Assembly: GCA_016722705.1 (NCBI GenBank) | Contig: JADKGN010000001.1 | Location: forward strand, 512,744 to 576,743 | Direction of reading: 5' to 3' | DNA from: Candidatus Dechloromonas phosphoritropha | GTDB taxonomy: Bacteria; Pseudomonadota; Gammaproteobacteria; Burkholderiales; Rhodocyclaceae | Length of the DNA stretch: 64,000 nucleotides | Shown here: piece after piece, positions 39,200 to 48,327 of the stretch | Layout of the letters: every line of letters starts with the position of its first letter | Numbering within the stretch: position 1 is the first letter of the stretch | The notes under the pieces: generated by a model | Database searches by the model: none | Seen by the model: the letters and a program-made list of their open reading frames with translations, nothing else | Told to the model about the DNA's origin: nothing | Made by a program: the position numbers and the translations under genes

Positions 39200-39992
39200 C
39201 TAAGTAGCGTTCAAGTTGAGACTAACAATCCATGGCCATGCGGTCAGGCTGCGCAGCCCTGAGGTATTTGCTGCCAGACGGGGAAGGCCTGCTTCCAACT
39301 GGCGGATGACACTACCGAGGTCGGCAAACACACGATTGGGAAACTCCTTCTCCCGCACCTCATCCCAGACGTGCTCCTGCGGGTTGAGTTCGGGCGCGTA
39401 AGGTGGCAGGCGCAGCAGACGAATGTTCTCTGGCACTTGCAGATCCTTCGATACGTGTGAGCTGGCGCCGTCGACGACCATCAGCATGAACTCCTTTTCA
39501 TGCGCGGTACTGACTCGGGCCAGGAACGCCGTCATCTGTTCGGTGTTCATCTGCCGACAGGTCATCCAATCCAACTCGCCTTCGATGGGGCTGACGGCGC
39601 CATAAACGTAGATGAACTCCCGCTCGTAGCCGTTGCAGACCATTGGCCGTGCTGGGTTGGGTGCCCAGCAGCGACGAATTCGCACCATGCGCCCAAAGCG
39701 CGCTTCGTCCTGAAACATCAGGCGCACCCGGCGACCCCAAACCTCTTCCTGTTTCAAGAGGGCTGCCAGTGTTTCAGGAAGTTTTTTTCCACGCTTCCTG
39801 GATCGGCGGATCACTCTTCGGATGCCGGATGCCGGATGCCGGATGCCGGGTGTCGGGTGCGACCTTGCGCCAGCCGTGCCGCGCCAACAGGCGATACACG
39901 ACAGAGGCGGCCACAGGACGTCCCAGCTTTTGCGCTAACGCGGCACGCAGTGGCGAAACGACCAGGATTCCCCCTTCATTGGAGGCCTGCAC
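39200..39992 (-). pseudogene. IS630-family transposase (DDE_3), 3' two-thirds
   Basis: ...RLPPYAPELNPQEHVWDEVRE. The frame changes at an A7 run. Contains a heptamer repeat expansion. Confidence 0.7.
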
Positions 39993-40013
39993 CCAAGGGG
40001 CCAGGAAACGATC

Positions 40014-41452
40014 GGCAGCGCAACTTTTTTTCTGTAAAAGTTCTCAGGCGATTCCATCGGGATGGGCTCAGTCTTTGAGGTTGAGATAGATTTTCCCGGT
40101 CATCCACTCCTCATCGCATTCGGCGAGCAGTGCAGAGACGAGGTGTAGGCAGGATGCAGTGTTGGGGAAGATGGAAGCCACCCGGGTACGGCGTTTGATC
40201 TCGCGGTTAATGCGTTCGAGGCCGTTGGTCGTGCGCAACCGGACGCGTTGGGCCACTGGCCAATTAAAGACAGCGAAGCCCTCTGGCAGATTTTCCTCGC
40301 CCCACTGGGCAAGTTTGGACGCCTCGGTCCGCCAGCCCTCGATCGCCTGACGCAAGAGGCGCTCCGCTTCGCTTTTATCCGGCGCATTGAAGATCGCCCG
40401 AATCCGCTGCGCCACCGGTTTGCGCTGATCGAGACGCGTGACATACGACTGTGCGTTCTGTTGCAGGTGGAACTGACAGCGTTGCCAAGGCACGCTGGGC
40501 AAGGTCGCGCGGCGAGCCGCATTGAGTTCGGCATGTGCATCGGCGACGATCATCTTGACGCCCTTGAGTCCCCGCCGCACCAGGCTGTCGAGGAAGGCCC
40601 GCCAATGCACCTCCGCCTCGGACAAGGCGACCGAGACGCCCAGCACCCGGCGATGACCGCTGTGCGTGATGCCCACCGCCACCAGCACGGCACAATCGAC
40701 TAGTTGGCCACCCTCGCGCACCCGCTCATCCCCCAAGAGGACTTCCTTCGGGGCGTACCGCGCATCGAGAAAGACATAAGGCGTTTCATCGAGCGGTCGC
40801 TCACGCCAGACGGCCAAACCCGCATCCAGTTGTTCGGCAGCGCGACTCACCTGCGTCGACGAAATCGACACCGCTGGCCCAAGCAAGGCTTGCAGGACGG
40901 TGATCACCTTGCGTGTGGAAACCCCCTGTACATACATTTCGGCCAAGGCGATATTGAGCGCCTGCTCGGTACGCGACCCTTTCTCCAAGGCGCTGGGATA
41001 GAAGCCACCGCCGCGCACCTGAGGGACGTCAAAGGTCAGTTCGCCGACGCGGGTCATCATCGTTTTGGGCTTGAAGCCGTTGGCGTAATCAGTGCGCTCG
41101 ACGGTACGTTCATGGGGTTGGGCATTGAGAAAAAGGTTGCGCTCGATCCGGCTGGCCTCGTTGACTAGGATACGCAGGGCTTCGCCGGCGCCATCCAGAC
41201 CGTTGTTTAGCAGCGCCGCAAAAGCGGCATCCAGAGGGTGATGTTCTACGCGTTGTGCCATGCTGTCGATTCTTTCGTGGGAATGGGTAAGAATGCCCCG
41301 AAGAAATCGCCTGCGGGAGTAGCCTGTCAATGTTTCGCCGCGCGGCTGTGCCGTCCTCCGCGCTTCGGGCGCTACGCGCCCTCATCGCTCCGGCCAGCAC
41401 AGCCACGCAAAACCAACAGGCAAAGAATTTACAGAACGGATGTTGCACTAAC
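40014..41452 (-). mobile_element. IS256-family insertion sequence
   Basis: IRs GGCAGCGCAAC...TTCTGTAAA and TTTACAGAA...GTTGCACTAAC. 8-bp duplication AAACGATC at 40006-40013 and 41453-41460. Confidence 0.85.
40068..41261 (-). CDS. IS256-family (mutator-type) transposase
   Basis: ...ERTDYANGFKPKTMMTRVGELTFDVPQVRGGGFYPSALEKG. Start at MAQRVEHH. Confidence 0.85.
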   Translation of the reverse strand: MAQRVEHHPLDAAFAALLNNGLDGAGEALRILVNEASRIERNLFLNAQPHERTVERTDYANGFKPKTMMTRVGELTFDVPQVRGGGFYPSALEKGSRTEQALNIALAEMYVQGVSTRKVITVLQALLGPAVSISSTQVSRAAEQLDAGLAVWRERPLDETPYVFLDARYAPKEVLLGDERVREGGQLVDCAVLVAVGITHSGHRRVLGVSVALSEAEVHWRAFLDSLVRRGLKGVKMIVADAHAELNAARRATLPSVPWQRCQFHLQQNAQSYVTRLDQRKPVAQRIRAIFNAPDKSEAERLLRQAIEGWRTEASKLAQWGEENLPEGFAVFNWPVAQRVRLRTTNGLERINREIKRRTRVASIFPNTASCLHLVSALLAECDEEWMTGKIYLNLKD

Positions 41453-41688
41453 AAACGATCCTCCTCTTCCAGTGGCAGCGAAGCTCGCCGGCGACCACCC
41501 CAATTCGGTCGGATTGCGTCCGGTTTGGCCAACAGCCGGCGCAGGCGCGCTTGTAGCCTGGGCACGGTGGCTCGGCCTATGCCCAGTACCGCTGCGCTCT
41601 GCTCCAGCGTCGCTCCCAATAGCGCCGGTAGCAGCACCGCCTGCGCACTAAAGTGGATCCCTGAGTCAAGACAATAATGGCCTTGGTT

Positions 41689-42821
41689 TAATTCTATTTC
41701 CACACCAATTAAGCAATAATAAGTGCATCTCAATGAGATCTGAGGTGTGGCATGGGAAGGCCGTTCAAGGGAGAGGGGTCGGTAGCGGAGGCGCTGAAGA
41801 TTGTCAAAGAAGCCAAGAGTGTGGAACAACTGCGCCAGGCCCAAGCGGTTGTTCTGCCGTTGTGCTACGGGTTGAATCTTGAGCAGACCGCCGCGGTGAT
41901 CGGCGTTTCGCTCAGTTGGGCCTCACGATTACGCAACGCGTTTCTGGCTGGACATCGGGTAGGCGGTGAATCGGAACCTGCACGAGGCGGACGCCACCGG
42001 GAGAATTTCACCCGAGCGCAAGAAGCCGAACTGTTGAAACCCTTTTTCGACCAAGCGGCCAAGGGCGGTATATTGGTCGTCAGTCAGATCAAGCCGGCCC
42101 TGGAGAAAGCGCTGGGACGCCCGATGGCGCTGTCCTCCGCCTACAACGTGCTGCATCGCAACGGTTGGCGCAAGCTGGCGCCAGACAAGCGACATCCGCA
42201 AAGTGATCCGACCGCGCAGGAGGCGTGGAAAAAAAACTCCCCGACACCCTTGCCGAACTCCGGAGAGATTTCGCTCAAGGAACCCCGATCCATCTGATGT
42301 TTCAGGACGAAGCGCGCTTCGGGCGCATCAACGATGTGCGTCGTGCCTGGGCGCCCCAACCCATTCGACCGTTGTGCCGGGCCATGCTCACCCACCAATA
42401 CACCTACGCCTACGCGGCCGTCGATGTGGATACGGGCGAGCTTGACTCGCTGATCTTGCCGCACGTCAATACGCCATGCATGCAGCTATTCCTCGACGAA
42501 GTGGCGGCACGCCATCCGATGGATCGGATCGTCATGGTCCTTGACGGTGCGGGCTGGCATGCCAGCCAAGCACTCAGAACACCCGAAAACATACACCTGC
42601 TACCGTTGCCTCCCTATGCCCCTGAACTCAACCCGGTCGAGCATCTCTGGGATGAACTGCGCGAGAAGTTCTTCCACAACCTGGCCTTCGATAGCATCGA
42701 TGCACTTGAAGATCAACTCGAATCGAGCCTCAAAACCCTTGAATCAGAGCACCAGCGTGTCCGCTCAATCGTACACTGGCCGTGGATAGTTAATGCATTA
42801 ACGAATTAGAAACGGAATTAG
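41689..42821 (+). mobile_element. IS630-family copy B
   Basis: Ends TAATTCTATTTCCA... and ...GAAACGGAATTAG are inverted repeats. Confidence 0.75.
41752..42809 (+). CDS. IS630-family transposase, two frames joined by -1 shift at an A8 run
   Basis: OrfA 41752-42297 (HTH) and OrfB 42225-42809 (...LPPYAPELNPVEHLWDELRE). Slippery run at 42229-42236. Confidence 0.75.
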
Positions 42822-43206
42822 CTGTACATTCGACTTCGCATGAAGCTGGACGGCGCTGCCCCGTTTTTGACTTTGGTGTTGCTTCTGATCTTGTTTCTGC
42901 GATGGAGGAATCCCCTGTGGAGCGTAGCGGAACAGGGGTGCCCTCCACCGCGCGCGGAAACTTATCGACGATCATGGCACCACCACCGATCGCGGTTTGA
43001 TACACGACGTCGGGCGTTTTGTTACCCAGAGACTGGTGCGGACGCTCGCCGTTGTCCCCCAAGGGGACTTCCTTCGGGGCGTAGAAGGCAAAGTATTCGG
43101 TCAGGCCGACCAGCAACTCGCCCGTCGAGGCATAGCCCTTCAGGTACCCCCTACGTCAGAATAGTTGTCGCCTCGATAGAATCTCCCCCTGGGGCGGCGA
43201 CAAAGG

Positions 43207-43695
43207 ATGGAAATGGCAAGGTATTCAGAGAAGTTCAAAGGTAGAGCGGTAGCACGATTGTTGGCGCCGGAAAATGCAGCAATAGATGTGGTGGCCCGTG
43301 AAGTAGGCATTGGTTCGGGAACCCTTGAGCGTTGGCGAGATGACGCGCAGTCCATGCCCGCCCGAGGGCGGGCATGGACTGTGGCGGCGCGCCTGGAGGC
43401 GGTGATCGTCACTGCGGCGCTGGACGAAACCAGCAAAAGCGCGTGGTGTCGAGAGCACGGCGTTTATCCGGACGAGCTGATCAAATGGTGGGCCAGCGCC
43501 ACGACAGCGTTGGCCGAACCGGAAGAAGTCAGAGCCAGCCCGCAAGCAACCCGACAAGACCGCAAACGCATCAAGGAACTCGAACGCGAATTGCTACGCA
43601 AGGACCGGGCACTCGCTGAAACCGCTGCCCTGCTGGTTCTCTCAAAAAAGTCGCGGCGATCTTCAACAAAGGCGATGCCGAATGATCGGCCTTGA
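43207..43695 (+). CDS. IS3-family OrfA
   Basis: 162 aa, same as 955-1443. Confidence 0.9.
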   Translation: MEMARYSEKFKGRAVARLLAPENAAIDVVAREVGIGSGTLERWRDDAQSMPARGRAWTVAARLEAVIVTAALDETSKSAWCREHGVYPDELIKWWASATTALAEPEEVRASPQATRQDRKRIKELERELLRKDRALAETAALLVLSKKSRRSSTKAMPNDRP

Positions 43696-44773
43696 AGATC
43701 GCCAAGCCTTGGCCCAAGACATCCATACCGCCCATGTCGCCGGTGCTCGGCTCAGGCTTGCCTGCGAGGTAGCCGGCATCGAGTTGCGCACCTTGCAACG
43801 CTGGAAAGCCATTGAGGGCGGCATCTGCGCAGATCGCCGGCCCTTGTCCATGCGCCCGACGCCCAGGCACGCGCTCAGTGAGGCCGAACGCACGCAGGTG
43901 CTTGCCGTGGCCAACGAGCCACGCTTTGCGGCCGTGCCGCCAGCGCGCATGGTGCCGATGCTGGCTGATGAAGGGATTTACCTGGCCAGCGAATCCACCT
44001 TCAGCCGAGTGCTGCGTGAGCACGGTCAAACCACCCTCCGAGGACGGGCCAAGGCGCCCAGGCAACAGCGAGTGCCGACCGCGCACATTGCCACCACGCC
44101 GCGCCAGGTGTGGTGCTGGGACATGACTTATCTGCCAGGCAAGGTTAAGGGGCACTGGTTTCACCTTTATCTCATCCTCGACCTGTATAGCCGCAAGATT
44201 GTCGGCTGGGAGGTGCACGGCAGCGATCACGCCGACCATGCCGCGCATCTGGTGCGCCGTACGGCGCTCGCCGAGGGGATTGCCGCACTCGCGACCAAGC
44301 CTGTTCTGCACGGCGACAACGGCTCGACGCTCAAGGCCACGACGGTGCTGGCGATGCTCAACTGGCTGGGAGTCAGGCCCTCGTATTCTCGACCCCGAGT
44401 CAGTGATGACAATGCTTACGCGGAATCGTTGTTTCGGACGGCCAAATACCGCCCTGAGTTTCCTGCTAACGGCTTTGCCGAGCTCAACGACGCCAGGACC
44501 TGGGCAGTCAGCTTCGTGCACTGGTACAACGTCGAGCATCGGCACAGTGGCATTCGTTATGTCAGCCCAGCCCAGCGCCATGCCGGCGAGGATCTCGCCA
44601 TTCTCGCGGCCCGACATGCCGTCTATACCTCAGCGCGTGATCTCAACCCGGCGCGCTGGACTGGTCAGACACGAAATTGGACGCCGGTCGGTGTAGTGAC
44701 CCTCAATCCAGATCGCGATTGCATCGCCAACGCGCATCTGGAAGACAAGCTTATTCCGCCATTGGCTGCATGA
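43682..44773 (+). CDS. IS3-family OrfB (rve integrase core)
   Basis: 363 aa ...WCWDMTYLP...LHGDNGSTLK...YNVEHRHSGI. Confidence 0.9.
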   Translation: MIGLEDRQALAQDIHTAHVAGARLRLACEVAGIELRTLQRWKAIEGGICADRRPLSMRPTPRHALSEAERTQVLAVANEPRFAAVPPARMVPMLADEGIYLASESTFSRVLREHGQTTLRGRAKAPRQQRVPTAHIATTPRQVWCWDMTYLPGKVKGHWFHLYLILDLYSRKIVGWEVHGSDHADHAAHLVRRTALAEGIAALATKPVLHGDNGSTLKATTVLAMLNWLGVRPSYSRPRVSDDNAYAESLFRTAKYRPEFPANGFAELNDARTWAVSFVHWYNVEHRHSGIRYVSPAQRHAGEDLAILAARHAVYTSARDLNPARWTGQTRNWTPVGVVTLNPDRDCIANAHLEDKLIPPLAA

Positions 44774-45165
44774 CCGAGGCGACAACTATCTTGACGCGCG
44801 CCGGTACACATCCTCGTGCTTTACGCTTCGCCAGAGCCGCTCGACGAAGATGTTGTCGAATGCTCGCCCCCGGCCATCCATGCTGATGACCATACCTTCA
44901 CGTTTCAGCACATCGGTGAAAGTCGTGCTGGTGAACTGCGAGCCCTGGTCACTGTTGAATATTTCCGGCGTGCCGTGATGGCGTAAGGCATCCTCCAGAC
45001 AATCGACACAGAACACCGCTTCCATGCTGTTGCTGATCCGCCAACTGAGCACGCGCCGCGAGTACCAGTCAATGATCGCCACCAGGTAGGCAAAGCCACG
45101 CGGAAGCTGGATATACGTTATGTCGGTACTCCAGACCTGATTCGGCCGAATCACCGGTACGCTTA

Positions 45166-46090
45166 GAACTTATCCGTAAACAATATTCACTTTCAGTTTA
45201 ATTTTTCTGAACGCCATGATTGATGCGGCCAGGTGGTTGAGCGCCAAGAAACTGCGCTCAAGCTTCTCGTATCGCACCAACAACTTTCGGAAGCGGTTGA
45301 ACCAGCTGTGGGCCACTTCGACGATCCAGCGCCGGGCTTTCTTCCTGGGGTCACGTTTGAGTTCGCCGGCCTCTTGCCCACGCCCTTTGACATGGGGGAT
45401 GTAGCCGTGCTTCGTGATGATCGCCAATGCGGGCGCGCCGGTGTAGCCGGCGTCAGCGCAAAGGTGTTTGCTTCGCCGCTTGGGTGGCGACGCTCGCTTG
45501 ACGACAATGGCCTCAAGCACAGCCGCCACCTGAGAGACGTCGTGCCGATGGGCGCCGGTCACGACGAGCGACAACGGGACGCCACGACCGTCCACCAGCA
45601 AATGACGCTTGCTCCCATTTTTTTCCCCGGTCCGTTGGATTGGGTCCAACGCTTGATTGCGCCATGGGAGCCTTCATCATCGCGCCGTCAAGGCTTTGCC
45701 AGCGCCAGGCGATACCTTCAAGGTCGTCGTATTCGGCAAGCCCGCGCTTCCATAGGGCTTCAAACACCCCGGCCTTCTCCCACGCCAGAAATCGCGCATG
45801 GATCGCACTGGAGCTGCCAAAGCGCTCCGCCGGGAGTGCCTTCCACTGGCAACCTGTGCGTAGCACATAAATAATCGCCTCGAAGACCAGCCTCGGTTCT
45901 TTGGGCTTGCGCCCCCCGCCAGCCTTGCGGACGTAACTCCGATCCGCCAGTCGCTGGCGTATCGGAATCAGTGGCTCAACGCGCTTCCAGAATTCCTCGG
46001 TCACTTCCCATGACTTCACTTTTGCCATCATCTCCCCCAACGCAATTCTCGCGCATGGGCAGTGATTATCCACTATTTACGGACAAGTTC
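45166..46090 (-). mobile_element. IS5-family (IS427-group-like) insertion sequence
   Basis: IRs GAACTTATCCGTAAACAATA and CACTATTTACGGACAAGTTC, flanked by TA on both sides. Confidence 0.8.
45170..46031 (-). CDS. IS5-family transposase, -1 frameshift at A7
   Basis: OrfA ...RTGCQWKALP...NPTDRGKK and OrfB ...GSKRHLLVDGRGVPL...DAGY. Slippery run at 45618-45624. Confidence 0.8.
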
Positions 46091-46212
46091 TAAGGCGGTA
46101 GGGATAGATCGTCTGCTCAGGGTGTGGGCGGCTGGTGTTCGGGCCCGGCGCCATACCAGCCAAACCCATCTGCCGCATCAGGCGTTAAACCCGCTTGCGA
46201 TTAACGAGGTGC

Positions 46213-46395
46213 CCGACATCATCAAGAAAAAGCTGAAACTGGACGCCTCGCTCTACACTTTGCTACAGATTCTGTCGGTCACCCTGTTCGAGAAGGTGCC
46301 CTTGCAGCAACCCTTTCCGTCCAGCGAGTACATTCTTCCACAGGGGGTTCCGTACAACCAATTGAATATATTCACTATTTGGCCGGACAGTAGTG
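46213..46395 (+). pseudogene. 3' end fragment of an IS4-family (DUF4372-type) element with its right IR
   Basis: ...KKKLKLDASLYTLLQILSVTLFEKVPLQQ. The terminal ...CCGGACAGTAGTG is the inverted match of 50916-50930. Confidence 0.55.
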
Positions 46396-46586
46396 TTTCC
46401 AGACATTTTCCCCGTCGGCCGCAGCAATCCGCTTTCGGCATTCAAGGTGCATAAGTATGGATGCCACAATTCGCATCCTCGCAGTTTTCCACAATTCAAT
46501 GCCAAGCGATTACACGGCTACCGCCGAAAAATCGCTCCGCCCAAAGCGGCTATAATTCAGTACCTCCCAGCCGTACCCGCGTCATC

Positions 46587-48323
46587 GTGTCCGCCACCCG
46601 CCCGCTGCTTTCCCTCCCCGCCCTGCCCAAGCCCGGCGCCCGCGTCGATCTGCCACCGTTGGCCGGTTGCGCCGATACCCTGGCATTGGCCGAACTGGCC
46701 AGTCAAAGCAAGGGCCGCCTGCTCGCCGTGGTCACTGCCAGCGCTGCCGACGCCCAGCGCCTGCTGGAGGAAATCCCGTGGTTTGCGCCCGGCCTCAAGG
46801 TGCGCCTGCTGCCGGACTGGGAAACCCTGCCCTACGATCATTTCTCGCCGCATCAGGATCTCGTTTCCGAGCGCCTGGCCACGCTGTGGGCTGCCTTGCA
46901 GGGCGATCTGGAAATCCTGCTCGTTCCGGCGTCGACCGCAGTCAATCGGCTGGCGCCGCCGGAATTCATGGCGGCCTATACCTTCGAGTTCAGGAAGGGC
47001 CAGAAACTCGATGCCGACAAGTTTCGCACTCAGGTCACGCTGGCCGGCTACGCGCATGTGACGCAGGTCGTGTCGCCCGGCGAATACTCGATTCGCGGCG
47101 GCCTGATCGACCTCTTTCCGATGGGCTCGCAACTGCCCTACCGGCTCGATCTGTTCGACGACGAGATCGAAAGCATCAAGACTTTCGACGTCGATACCCA
47201 GCGTACCGTCTATCCGGTGTCTGAAGTGCGCCTGCTGCCGGACGCCATGTTCGTCACGCATGGCGACGCGCCGGCCGCGATTGCCGCCTTCTGGAGCGAC
47301 ACCCGCTCGCGCTACAACCTGCTGCAAGGCGATAAGGCACGGCCACTGCTGGCGCCGGAAGAATTGTTCCTGACCGACGAAGCCTTCTTCAGTGCCGCAA
47401 AATCCTACGGTCGACTGGCAATTCCGGCCAAAAATGAAAGCTCCGCCGGAAAACTGCCCAATCTTGCGGTCGACCGCCGCAGCGACAACCCGCTCGGCGC
47501 GCTGAAAAGCCATCTCGCCAGTTTTGGCGGTCGCATACTGCTGCTCGCCGAAACCGCCGGCCGGCGCGAAACGCTGGCCGCAATGTTTGCCGAGCACGGC
47601 ATCAAGCCCGAAGCCAGCGCCGATTTTGCCGGATTTGTCGGCAGCGATGCCAAACTGGCGCTGGACACCGCACTCGCCTGCCGCGAGCAGGGCATCCGCA
47701 ACGTCGCCGTCACCGCCGGCTACATCCACCCTGAACCGGCCAAGGAATTCTTCGCCGTCATGGATGCCGCCAACGTCGACCTCAAGGCCTTCACTGACAG
47801 CTTCTATCACAAGCTGTGCGTCGGCCACCTGCAGCCGGTGCTTGACATCATGACCTACATCCACCACGAAACCGACTGCTGGCTGGAAATCACTACGCTG
47901 CTGATTCCCGGCAGCAACGACAGCCCGCGAGAAATCAACGAACTCACCACCTGGGTCGCACGCGAACTCGGCCCCGACGTGCCCCTGCACTTCTCCGCCT
48001 TCCACCCGGACTGGAAGATGGGAGACATCCCGCCGACCCCGCCGGCGACGCTGACCCAGGCCCGGCGCATCGCGCTCGACGCCGGCCTGCACTACGTCTT
48101 CACCGGCAACGTCCATGACAGCGAGGGCGGCACCACTTTCTGCCCGAGTTGCCACGCCGCGCTGATCGTCCGCGACTGGTACGACATCCGCCGCTACGAC
48201 CTGACCCCGGATGGCCACCGCCCACACTGCGCGACCGCCATCGCCGGTCACTTCGGCCCGATGCTTGGGCGCAACGGCCAGGCCTTCGGGCCGCAACGGA
48301 TTCCGGTTCGCCTTGCCATCTGA
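46587..48323 (+). pseudogene. mfd: Chimeric ORF: Mfd N-terminal region fused to the C-terminal part of an AmmeMemoRadiSam-type radical SAM enzyme
   Basis: LLPDWETLPYDHFSPHQDLVSERL...DLFDDEIESIKTFDVDTQR is Mfd. From about 47655, ALACREQGIRNVAVTAGYI...DAANVDLKAF...PLHFSAFHPDWKM is AmrS-like and lacks the CxxxCxxC part. Confidence 0.7.
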
Positions 48324-48327
48324 TCAT

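Larger units (their letters stand above)
39194..41655 (-). mobile_element. IS630-family copy A, 5'-truncated and interrupted by IS256
   Basis: Its 3' end CTAATTC abuts the vapC stop. The coding parts on either side of 40014-41452 join across an 8-bp duplication. Confidence 0.7.
43147..44802 (+). mobile_element. IS3-family insertion sequence, copy 2 (complete)
   Basis: 4-bp duplication GGTA at 43143-43146 and 44803-44806. Removing the IS plus one GGTA restores the host ORF (..HEDVY/LKGYAS..). Confidence 0.9.
42790..46212 (-). pseudogene. Second IS3-family orfB, split into three pieces
   Basis: Pieces are 46091-46212 (RLMRQMGLAGMAPGPNTSRPHPEQTIYPY), 44803-45165 (IRPNQVWSTDITY...VKHEDVY) and 42790-43146 (LKGYASTGELLVGLTEYFAFY...ERPHQSLGNKTP). 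In-frame TAA at 46185-46187. Confidence 0.7.

Noticed and set aside
39820-39861. The GGATGCC repeat block as a CRISPR or minisatellite locus.
   Set aside because: The units are only 7 nt long and have no spacers. The block lies inside a transposase coding frame.
1-44802. The two inverted IS3 copies as the arms of a 44-kb composite transposon carrying the polysaccharide and lasso loci.
   Set aside because: Copy 2 has its own perfect 4-bp duplication (GGTA) on both sides and sits inside another IS, so it inserted on its own. Nothing in the window supports joint mobilisation.
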